Below are positions 34,218 to 46,649 of a stretch of 64,000 nt of DNA, in pieces; position 1 is the first letter of the stretch, and each line of letters begins with the position of its first letter. Below the pieces are notes generated by a model, which worked only from the letters and a program-made list of their open reading frames with translations, ran no database searches and was not told the DNA's origin. A program made the translations under genes and the position numbers. Source of the DNA: Ruditapes philippinarum (lineage: Eukaryota); contig NW_026867385.1 of assembly GCF_026571515.1 (NCBI RefSeq), forward strand, positions 62,001 to 126,000. The letters are read 5' to 3'.

Positions 34218-37200
34218 CGCGTCTTCAATAGATATTCCTCTGTGCAGGCGTTCAATTTATTTTATCAGGATGTATATCGTGATTGACATTTTCCCGACAA
34301 CAACCTTGGAAATATTTACGGGCGTTTTCTGAACAACTGTGCTGATTTTAAAAGTGATGCTGTAGATCTAATTAAGTCACACAGGTCTACAAACATAAGT
34401 GCAGCTAGTGAGGGAAAGGGTACATATGATGCAATAGATTTACACGGTATTTTTACGGAACATATGCGGGCTTAAATGGATTTCCATAGGGGATCAATAC
34501 CGGTGCAATATTAACTGCTTTAGTAAATAGCAAAGGGGGAAAACTGGTCCGCATGTATGGTCTAATTAAGGAGCGGTAGATATTTTATCTCTACATATTG
34601 CCTTACATTTTTTCTCTTTGAAATCTCATATTTTCCGGATTTGGCCTCGACTAATTATAGTTCTACTTTGTATTAGATAGCCGGAAAAGAAGATAATTAA
34701 TATTTTTATATATAGTTTTATATATAGTATAATAAATATGGAATGCATGTAGTGTCATGGTATAGAGTATAGAAATGCCCATATAACTTATTGCCTACGT
34801 ATGGAAAGCCTGTAGGCCTTTACAGCTGTCTAGAGTATGGATGGGACATTGGATAGAGTGTAGGTCGTTGTGAAAAGTATGGAAAGCCTTTACTGCTGTT
34901 GTGTAAAAAACAAAGTCAGTACTGATTCCTTCGTTCGTAATCAAAAGTAGATCTAATGCTTTTGCAGAATATTTCAAGAATATGTTGGAAGTTCTGACCG
35001 TTTATTATTTGAAAAATTTTGATCTCCAAATTCAATTTTCTGAAGGGACCTCAAAAAAGTTTTGAATCCCACAATTCTTTTTCTAAAAAAAAAACCTTTA
35101 AAGGGCATGAGAAAAGGGCCCTTTTAACCCCTCAAAATTTTTGAGAAAGTTTATATTTTTATAAGCAACCCCCAAAAACCCAAGGAAATTTTTTCAAATT
35201 TTTTGACCTGAAAAGTTTTTTTTTTCTTTTCATGCAATACCATTTAAATATAAAAAAAATGATCTCCGTTTAAAGAGTAGAAAACCCAAGTGCCTGGACT
35301 TTGGATAAAAAACACATTTTTAAAGCAAAATTTACAAATGTAAAATTTTTGTCAAATAAGGTAATAAATGCGATAAAATTTAAAACATTTTATTTTTTTT
35401 AAAAGATTAAAAAAATTTTCCGATTGTCCTTTCATCTTAGGTCAAAATAAGGGTTTGGTTTTTTAAAAATTTGTTTTTGTTTTCAATGTTAACGAATAAT
35501 CTCCGCATTCACTATGGTTTAATATGATATTGACCTTTTCAAATTACAACAATTTCTACTTAATTTTACCATTTAGAGTAATATTCCAGATATAACTTGC
35601 GCATGCGTAATGGGAGAAAAATAAATCATGCACACGAGGGACAGTATTTGTAACCTCTGATTCTTTACGGGATGGAAATGCAAAGATCACAAAGAAATCT
35701 CGTGAATGTAATTTTTGATGTTTCCTATAAAATGCAAGCAGTTCTCAACACACTCACACTGATGAAAACAACAACAACAATAATAAAAACTAACATTAAA
35801 ACATATAGCAGCAATAATTTGCACGTAGTGGCACACCGTCTGCTCTTTAATAATGGGACAATGACAATAGATGAAATGTATCCGTTTAATAAAAAGAAGT
35901 CTCACAGTCGAAATATATATCTTTCATGTGTTTTCCCCTTTTTAAATTCTTTAAAAATACAAATTTTATATGTTTTTTCCCCTTAACAGGTTTGTTTTTT
36001 TGTTATAAAAATTTTTTGTTTAATGACAGCTCCCAAAAATTTGTTCCCTTTTCCCGAAACAAACAAACTTTGACGGTTTTAAAAAATGGAAAATAAACCT
36101 TTTTTCCCCTTTTTAGTGTCTCGCACTGATGACCGTTCTTTCAAACCCAAAAATTATAATAAAGGGTTTTAAACTTTTTAAACCCGGACAAAGGGGTTTT
36201 GTTTAAAATAAGCCCCCTTTTTGTTAGTAGTAACTGAAAATAAAAGTCTTTTGGAGGACAAACAAAACTTGACTTATAGATTTAAACTAGATTTTAAATA
36301 GCGTTTTCTCTTTCCTCCAATTTCCCAACAACTAATTTTGAATTTTATTTTGAAATTTCCTCTTTTCTGTTAAATTAAAATAAAAAAAAGTGTTTCAATG
36401 AAAGATATTTCCTTTTATGTGTTTTTATTAAACGCTTAAAAACTTTTGGGTAGTTGCAAAAGGGGACAAAGTGCTCCCCTGTCATTCCAAAAATTTTATA
36501 GGTTTTGTTGTTGTTGTTGTTGCTGTTTTCAAATTTGTGTTTTAATGTGATACAGAAACTTCGAAAGACTGTTCCGACCTGAAAATTTAATTTTATGGTT
36601 ACTTCATAATATATAAGGCACCGAAAAATTGATTTTTATATTGCTTTTGCTTCAATTGCTAGTCAAGTTACTTTGGTTTGTTTATAGCTTAAATGAAAAA
36701 TGCATTTCTTTGTCGTCATAATAAAGTCATTGTCATTATAAATTGATCAACAAAAGTATATGGTGGAATCATTTTCAAATTTATGATAAAAAAAATTCAT
36801 CCAAAAGACGAATGTTCTTACCTATGTCATTATGACAGCCCTATATTTTGAATTTCTTTTTCGTTTTAATTGGATTTGTTGTACTTTCTTACTAGCAATT
36901 AAGCAAATCGCAACAGTTGTATGACGTCAGTGATGATGATAGATAGGTGAGTTATAGACTGTCAAATGATTTTATAATGATCAAATTATTTATGTTTTGG
37001 TTGCCACTTCTGGCAACTTGATATCCTTAAATATATTTTTTTCCACAAAGATAGAATATCTATTTGTTTATCACTTGCGATATATATTAAGATGAGTGAA
37101 ATATAGCATTTATAGACCTAAAATCATATACTGACGTCATTGCAATGATTTTGCTGCGTTTGTCTTGGCAAACTTCTTTGTCAGCAAGAATTCAGTTTCA

Positions 37201-39448
37201 ATTTTTTATATAGCAATAATATATACATATATACATTGAATGTACTCTGTCTTATGATATATTTTTACAGACATACGTATATATGGGTATTTGTTATTCT
37301 TCATTGCAATATGTTTTTTAAAATACTTACTTAAAACTGTGCAACGCCCGAAAAACATTTCCCCTTAAATATTCCCCTAAATGAATCCGGATCACCTTGC
37401 CAATTACTCATGCTCAATTCGGAATAAACAATTATAGTTAAAAGTAGATTTTACGACGTGATCTTTGATGTATAGAGAATCAAAGAGTGTATTGCAATAG
37501 ATATTTATTGAACATCTGGAGAGAAAAATACGTTGTAAAACGAGAGTTAATTGATTTTACAAAATGGTAAGAATCTTCTTTTTTAAAGAACACCATCAAC
37601 AAACGATTAGGATAAAATCTTACCTAACTTCAACATATATGCAATTCAAAGTTTTGGTCTGTCAAAACATAAAATCAGTAAATATTTAATGCACGTCATG
37701 CACGTCATTCTATGTGCAAAGAAAAAACAATACAAATTCAAGCAATAATTTACTTGTAATGTGCGTTTAGCGATGTATCACAACATTTCTAGTTCGAGCA
37801 CAGTAAGGGCTACTTTTGCATTTTTTAACTCTTTGTAAAGTAACCTTAAATGTAGACAAAGAACATATTTAATTGAGATAGGTTAAACTAAATTCCTTGC
37901 AATTCAAGCAGTACCCATGCCATCTTCATCTTTTCCATCAACCATGAAATATAGCAAAACATTATTTAAAAAAAACTTTTTTGTAACTGAAAATATTTGC
38001 GCCAATTTATTAGAAGAACACATGCACTACATCGGCGGCATGTTTAAACTTTATAGAGATATATATCTGCTGTAAAAGTTATTGGTTGAAGTTTAAAATT
38101 AATACTTCTAAATGTTGCATGTTTTATGTTTGTCCATTACATTTAGCTTTTATGGTGTTTTAGTTTTATATGTATTCTTTATAAATATCTAATCTTTTAA
38201 TAAAATAAATTTGATACTTCTTTTGAAAAATGATTTAACTGAAAACCCTTATGTATAGAAATCACCATACAACAGAATAGCAAAGAAAGGGTAAGCCTAA
38301 AATACCTTTGATATCTGTTTATTTGTTACTGTTACTGAAACATTTCAATTATTAACCAACAACCAGTTAAATTTCTTAATTGGATCGGTTCAACTTCCAT
38401 ATACGAACTTTCCATTATCAATCATGGAGGCATTAAAATGGCATTTTGCTGTTTGCCAGCCAACAGTATAAAGCCTGGTCACACTGATGGACCAGCTGGG
38501 TTGGCTCTTTGCTGGTGAAAAAGGCTTATCCTTATCATTATTGTTCCACAAGGGTAAGTGTTTTAATCTCTTAAATCGATAAAGAATTGTTTTAGAGCAA
38601 ACGAACGTAAGTAATTGGCATAATTTAACTTAATTTAATATGCTTAACCGACCTTTCCACAATTACAGATTTACTTACAACTAAAATGTTTTACCAAACT
38701 CGAAGCAAATATATGCATTATCTAAATTATCTTCAACAGAATAATTCTACAAATGCTAAAGGCTAACTTTAATACAGTAGTTTATCTCCTGTGTTTATTC
38801 ACCGTAAGCTTTAACGCTTTGTAAATTCCTCAGAAATATACCACGGCGGCCAGAATTTAGTTCTTGTCTGCACGATAGCAAGATTCAAAGAAGTACAATA
38901 TGATCGATATTATGATGAACAACAAACCAATAGCTCCGGTCAATGATACGGCACGAATGACGTCATACAGCTTGTTGTTGTCTCAGCTTTGAGAAATAAC
39001 ATTAGAATCTGCTTACAAGGCAAAGCTGACGTTCCGGGGATTAGATATCAATAATCAATGTAATACAATATTAAAATGTTGCTGATGAAATAAAATACTT
39101 CAATACCATTATTTTTCTGTTTTATTTGACATTAGCATTCTTAAGAGTATTGAACTGTCCCGATAATACAATATTATAACGCCCACAACACAAGCTCTGT
39201 TTTAAGTTACAGTTACATATTCCCGCAACTTTGAAATTAATTGGGTAAAATTAATATGACTATAGGACTACATCATTCATACACATGCGTACAATGAATT
39301 ACCGACTCATATACATGTACAATAAATTACTTAAGGTTTTTTTTCTGTTCACTAAAATTTCAACAAATTTGGTCATTGATGATTTCCAGCATTGGACATC
39401 ATTAATCAGTACAAAACATTTTATTGCTTCCAACCTCACTACACCAAT

Positions 39449-39464
39449 CACACGCACACACGCG

Positions 39465-39505
<41 letters not shown>

Positions 39506-39508
39506 ACA
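39449..39508. repeat. (CA)n/(CG)n alternating purine-pyrimidine microsatellite; shorter copy at 53042-53073
   Basis: cacacgcacacacgcgcgcgcgcgcacacaca... Confidence 0.9.
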
Positions 39509-42500
39509 ATGACATTTTACAACACTACTTCATGACGATGATTTTGTGTTGGTTTTCCCGTTGTCAGTACATATATACTAAGATTTGGTTTCCCGACATA
39601 AAATGTTTTAGGCATAAATACAATATCTTCTTAGAGACACGTAGAAAACTGAAATGCTGTGCTTATTATTATAGAATCTTTGTGATCACATTGTAAACGA
39701 CTAAAATTGCGGTTTTGTGAAGAATTATCTCTCCAGTTATGAAAGGGTTTGCTCTATCTGTATTTTGGCTAGAAATATGTAAAAAGGTTGTTCTCTTTGA
39801 TTTTACAAATGTCTGTTATTAATTAATAACAATAAGAGCGATTTGAAAATGACTACACTTAGATTTTTTTTGCAGGAATGGAAATATTTTTCGAGGTATT
39901 ATACTGGTAGCCAACCCAGACTTATTGCAGCAATATTTGCAAATCTCAGGACCTCATCACCAAATATTTAGTAAAAAGAAAAGACTACAATTACTATAAC
40001 ATATGCTTTTCATTACAACAATTTATTGGATTATTGTCATTGCATAGTAACTGGACATGTACTTCAAATGTTTCAACCTTATTAGTATGAAAATTTATCA
40101 TCGGTGTCAAGTACTTTAAACAAACTTTTTTAGTTGTAGAACCATTTTAGATCAATACTTAAACAATAAATGCGACAATGACTGAAAAATAAATGTCATA
40201 TGAAATACTATATTTTCTACAACATAACAAAATCTAAAAACCTATTATTTATGTATTTAACATCCTTAAATGAACATTAAGCAATAAATTGCTACTTTCT
40301 TTTCAAATAACAATAATGTCGCCTACTACCATTCAACGATTTTATAAGACTTCACGTCATTGGCAATACGCATCAAAAATATTTACTACTTTGTGTGTTT
40401 TTGCTACTTTCTAAAGAAACCTACGCGTACTGGTAGCTTATAAGCACTCAGATATTTATCTTTTAATCAAAATTTTATATCGGCACTGTGTGTGTGGTAT
40501 AAAAATCGAATTCACGCACGTATAAAATATAACTTAATATGATATGGTAAAAGTATGTTTGATTGAAAGGATGTGAATATACAATGTGGAACAAAATGTT
40601 AGCAGACATAGTCGAGATGGTTTCAAGGAACAGCCGAGCTACTAAAAAGTAAATAAATTGTAACACTACTAAGTACATGAATTTATCACCCACATATCAA
40701 CGCAGGTCCTAAAGTAATTGGAAAAAGGACAAATGATAAAGATATAGCTGTTATCATTGAAATAAAACTATACTCATTGTTCCACCTTACATTATATGAG
40801 TAACAACGTCAAACAGTGTCCACTTATCATAGTCCTCAACATAGTCCAAAAACCCTTAGCCTCTCACATGTTCCAGACATATGGTCAAAGTAATGTGATT
40901 TGCAATAAGAGATTCAAGAGGACCAAACAACAAAAAGTAAAAATAAAACTATGAATAATGACTCATAGGCAATTAACGAAGCTTTCCAATTAAAAGCAGC
41001 TAGTCAGCAATAACAACATCTCTCCATCGGTACTAACTGAATCCACTCATTAATGCAAACACTTTTAAGCCAATCAGGGCCAGGCGAAAGCATTGAATCC
41101 CAAAAACTGCAAGAAACGTCTAAACAATCGGCTGCAGTTTGACTCTTTATAAAAAATAATTTATAAAATGATGGTTTCCGTCAAACGATATAGCTCATGC
41201 TAAAGATTTGGTTAATTTAAAGAAGTTATTGCTCCGCGCACACAGGCACGGAGCTATTTGTGTTGACTATTTTTTTGTTCATGAACCCGATTTGAATCAA
41301 TTAATCCCTTCGATTTACAGCAAAAAAATAAATTCGGAATCAAACACTCCTTCCGATTTCTATTATGTAAATCATATATTGGTTTCGATGATTCGCAGCA
41401 TGTCATATTAATGAATGAGAACGGGAACAAATTTCACGCTTCAACCGCTGTGAAAGCAGTTAAAAGACAAAACAAAAAATAAACTTAAATTTGGTGATTT
41501 ATTTCTAACATATGTATCCTCTACAGGAAATTACTTATCATTTTGTAGTACACAGTGGGATATGTATGTATTTCAGTGCTGTACATGAATTCGAAAGCTA
41601 TAAATAGCTAGATGACCTTAACATTAATAGTCTTCCATTTTATTGATAAATAATGTTTCACCATATAACATGTATAAAACAAAAATTCCTGAATTCGGTC
41701 TTTTTGAAATTCATCCCATTTTTTTCATTCCAGTGTGTGTTATACTTACAGCATTCATCTGGGACTTGAAATATACCTACTGTATCTTAAATCCCAGGTA
41801 TTAATGTAAACCATTTTTTTAATTTGGCATAAAAAATGCACGTAATGTTACTATATTAGTCCCTTTTGTTACTATTTGTATATTTGTTACAATTATAATA
41901 ATAAAAAACAGACTTTGTTCATTTTGACTACTGTTTTGTATTTTCCAAAGAAAATAAATTTTAATATTCTAATCTCTAGCAAACCTACCAAAGTTCATGA
42001 TGAACAATGATTTTTGTCCTCCCATTCAGCCATTTATCCATGATATACAATGCTGGTAAAATCCAATTAATCATTGAAAACTTTATAAGTATATCTAGTC
42101 ATCAGATGTCTACTAGTTCATCGTCATTTGCTGCATTTCTTGCTTGGACGCCCTTTGATATCATGATGTTTGCATCAATTTTATTCTTGATATATCATGA
42201 TGTACCATTTGCTGTGAAACATGCAAAAGGACATTTTGAAAAGTAAAGTCCATGAAAGATTTTGGTTTTGCTCATTTACATCGATGATTAATTGTTGATT
42301 TTTGTAGAAAATGAGTAGCATTATAGATGAAAAACAAATGTACATGCTTTGATATTTTTATCATCTTATATTACTGACTTCAGTAGTGACACAAACAGAA
42401 CAATGTTGCACTACTGTCATGTCACATTACATTTACAAATCTTGTAAGTCTTGTTCGTATTCAATGGAATTACTTTCCTTTCCAGGAAACATATTTTTTG

Positions 42501-43529
42501 AAATTAAATATCTAGCCCCTCTCTCATCGATCGTGCATACGATAAGTATAATTATGCAAAAAATGATTTACAAAACATCAGGAATAACGTACAATAGTAC
42601 TTAATCTGAATAGAACATGACCTGTGCGTAGGAATGATTTGGTAAGGTATCTGTAATAAGAGCATAATTTTGCGCGGAGCTTCTCAATTGCTGCATTGCA
42701 GCAACATTTGTACTTGTCGGCTTTAGAGCCAAAGAAAATCTTATATGAAAAAAAAGTATGGATTTAAAATTGGACGAAAATTAAACAAATATATCAATAG
42801 AAATAAAACTAATTTAAAAATAAAAAACAAATCATATATATTTGATGATCTATAACTTAAACTTTGATATGCAGATTTTGTTTAAAATCACCATTCAGGT
42901 GCATACATGTATGTTATGTACAACATATGCAGATTTTGTTAAAAGCATCTATTCGGGTGATTAGATGTATATTATGTACATCAATAGTATGATAAATTCA
43001 TTATTTTTATACATGCAAACCCTTGATGTATTTAAAGCTATTTTGTCAACTTAGTATACTCTTCAGGCAGTTAAGAAGGAGATTACTAGAACATCTAGTG
43101 TTCAAGTTGACATGACAATAGAATTGACGTAAATGCTAAAATCGTATTACCCTTGAGAATTTATCTATATTCCACAACTTATCAATAATTAGTCTAAAAA
43201 CATTGGAAATATGATCCTATGTGTTTTTGGTAATAATCATTTTCTATATTAAATATGACGTTTAAAACTTGTTTTCAATATTTGTGTTGCTATGCAATGA
43301 AATTGACCTTAACGAAACATCACAACCTTCAAAGGAACGTTAATAGTAAAAGATATGAAATAGAAAACAAAATAAAAGAAATGTCAAAGATAAAGAGAAG
43401 CTGAACTTTTCTACAATTTCCTGATTTATAGCTTTATTTGCTACAAATGATTAAATAGAAATTGCACAAAAATAAATAAAATAAAAATAACAGAATGTAG
43501 CGGGAAGAAAATAGGCGTTTAGTTTTTAC

Positions 43530-43648
43530 AAATCTATTTTAGTTAGATTATGTTGGAAGCTATAAGCTTATTGAAACACTCTCGAATCCGTTCCTGGAAC
43601 CAACCAGTACTAAGCAATGAATGTAAAGTTTCTTGCTCAAGGAAAAGG
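43530..43648 (-). mobile_element. SINE family B fragment within the repeat unit (copy at about 56505-56620)
   Basis: tcgaatccgttcctggaaccaaccagtactaagcaatg...aaagtttcttgctcaagg. Confidence 0.65.
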
Positions 43649-45989
43649 ATCTTAATATCAAAACAGAAAAGTCTGATTACAGTGAAGAGACTAGTAAAGT
43701 TGCATCAAGATGCACAGACTGGCCTGACTCTGCTGGCAGCAAAGGTTACTTCCTTTACATGATAAGGGTTGCATTAAATTCCCATTTTTGTGCGGTCTTT
43801 AGGGTTTATTTTAATTGGAAAGCGCTAATATTCATTGCACCAATCAAACCGGAAAAATGAAGATAATCATACTTTAGCCTACTTTAGAATTCAGCTGAAC
43901 GAATTAAATGTACTTCTCGTTTGTGGCAAGCTGCGGTTTTGTAATAATTATTTTAATTGGTACTGCAACTGAAATATAATATTAAGTCAATTGATGAAAT
44001 GTTTGTATCATGCAAATGTCACATTCATTTTCTGTTCCTGCAATTAAGAAACCTTCAACCTTAATGACACTATGTTCTCTTTTCCGTAATACTTGAAACA
44101 CTAGCTGATTTTATTAAGTCACGTTTAAGTGTTCGTTTGGAATTATTGAAATATCGTCTGCTACAAGGATATATCTATGACGTAGGTGTTGACATATCGG
44201 AGATTCCCGGCAATCATAATCAAGTCTGCAGTCTTTCAATCAGAAAGAAAAATGAATGTTTAGTTTCCGATAACAAAATGTTAGGGTCTTATTCTTCATG
44301 AACTGGCTTGAAGCTTTTTTGCATATGATGCCTTACGAAAAAAATGTACTTTTTTGCTTTTGCTTGTCTGTCCGTGGAAATTAGGTCTTTATTGAAAGTA
44401 CACTGAATTATCTGAAGTAAACATAATAGATTTCCATCTACAAACTTTAAATATTTATTTTATGTGTTGATCGAAGTGAACTCCAAGAAAAATATGGTGA
44501 AGAATAAACAGACACGTTTGAAGACAGTAACATAAAAAGATAGGGTTATGGTTTAGACTTTCATGGTAAGGTCACAATCGAATTTAACTCGTAATTTTAA
44601 CAAATTATGCACGCAAAAAGTGCAAATTAACTATAAATTATTACTTTGGAACGAAATTGAAAATTAAAATATATGTCATCAGTATATATATAATCTGATA
44701 TTATCTTATTTAATCAGTCAACAAAAACATAAATCAATTTAAACATTTATTGGAGGTATATTAATGTTTGATACCAGTTACTTTTTCCATGTTTGCAGAT
44801 TAGGACCTTTCAGAGTAGATACTTTGTTTTTCTGTCTCTGTTTTGGACTTGATGAATTCTATTGCACAAACGCCACTGCAACAATCAATACACGTTAAAA
44901 CCAAACAACAATGTTTCCAATCAGCGCAAAAGCACTGATGACGTCAGTCTACTTGTTTTTCATAAGAACAACAACTATAGTAAAACATCACGCTGTGAAG
45001 TCATCTCGGAATGTGTCTTTTAATTATTGCTGTTATATGTTGATATTGTCCGATTTTTGAAGAATGGATTCTAGTTGTACATTTTAATGACAACACAAAC
45101 TATCTGAAACTCCTTACGTTCTTTAATTGCAAATGTTTCAAGATAAATGTTTATGTATTTACCCAAATGTTATTGTAACTGCACACCATTTCTGAATGCA
45201 TTATAATATTAAATCTGCTAATGAGAATTCGAATTTCTCTTTTTTATGTTTATAGAAAATGATGGTACTACAGTAACAAAGTACAAAATCCTTCATATTC
45301 TCTTTCTGTAAACTTAAAAAGGTTTTCCATGATACACAAATTTTGCTCTTAAAAAGCGATGAATAATGTCTTACTTGCATTCATCTCATTATGTTTTAAC
45401 AGTCATAAAATATCACGTATTATTTTTTGAAATGAGAGATCTGATTATTCTTTTGAAAATGCATGATCGTCAATTAGCATGATCTTGTAGTTTATTGTTG
45501 GCCTAAATTCAACATTTATTGAGAATGCGTGTTGTTTATTATAGTATGATGAGGCAAATATGTCACAATTTTATTTACATTAAATATTTGATCATTCACC
45601 TGCTGAACTGAAAACAAAAATATTTTACCAGCTTCCATTATTTTTTATTCCATTCCAGCGTCCAACAGACAGTTAAGGCGCTTCTTGATTCATCATTTGT
45701 GGCAAATTGTAATGTTACTGAAATGCTAATGAGGGGTGTTTTGTTTTATTTTGTTTTTGTTTTGTTTGTGTGTTTTTGTTGTTGTTTTTTGGTGTGTGTT
45801 TTTTTATATATTATATTTAGACGATTTCTGAAAACTGCATTTCAGTCGAGCAATTTATGTAAAACTATCTGAAAATTTCTTGAAGCTCATTTTGCAAGTT
45901 TGAGCTATTGCAAATTTAGCATTTAATATGAAACACTGCAGACAATTCCTGATTGTGTGTTTCATTATCTGCTAATGAGAAATCGGAGT

Positions 45990-46040
45990 TTCTTCTTCTT
46001 CTTCTCCTCCTTCTTCTTCTTCTTCTTCTTCTCCTTCTTT
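45990..46040. repeat. (CTT)n microsatellite
   Basis: About 16 imperfect units; only about 4 units in copy 2 (58680). Confidence 0.9.
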
Positions 46041-46649
46041 GAAGGATAAAGTTCAAAATCCTCCATATTCACTCTCTGAATGATGAAACATTTATCCAAT
46101 AATCGGATTATTATAAAGTGGTTTACATGCTTTTTCACTATACCGAAAGTTTTGCTCTTAAAGGCAATTAATTCTTGCTTGTTTTCATCTAATAAATTTC
46201 TTCTATCTTAAACGTCACATACTCATTTTATGAAATTGAGAAATTTGATTTTGTATTAAAACGCATGAACGTCAATTTTACATAATGTTAAAATGGAGTG
46301 AAATAGAATCCATAGAGAACACCAAAAAAGCAAATCGAAAATGTTGCAGGCTCGGTTTGATTGACCTTGTTCATTTACGGTACTGAAAATTGCAAGCTAC
46401 GGTCCACCTTCTCTAGGATCGGCTTAAGCAGAATTCAACTTTTATCATAGAATGTTTTTTTTTTAATTAAGCATGATTTTGTAAAGGGCAATGACTTGCT
46501 TATCTGGAGAACGGTAATTTCAAGATATCTTAACAATAAATTCAAGATAATTATATTGAAAATGTATATCCCTGTTTACGGTATGGTATGGTATAATAAA
46601 TGCATGACTATTTTTGTATATTTTGACCTGCTTTTTTTTTGTTTTTGTA

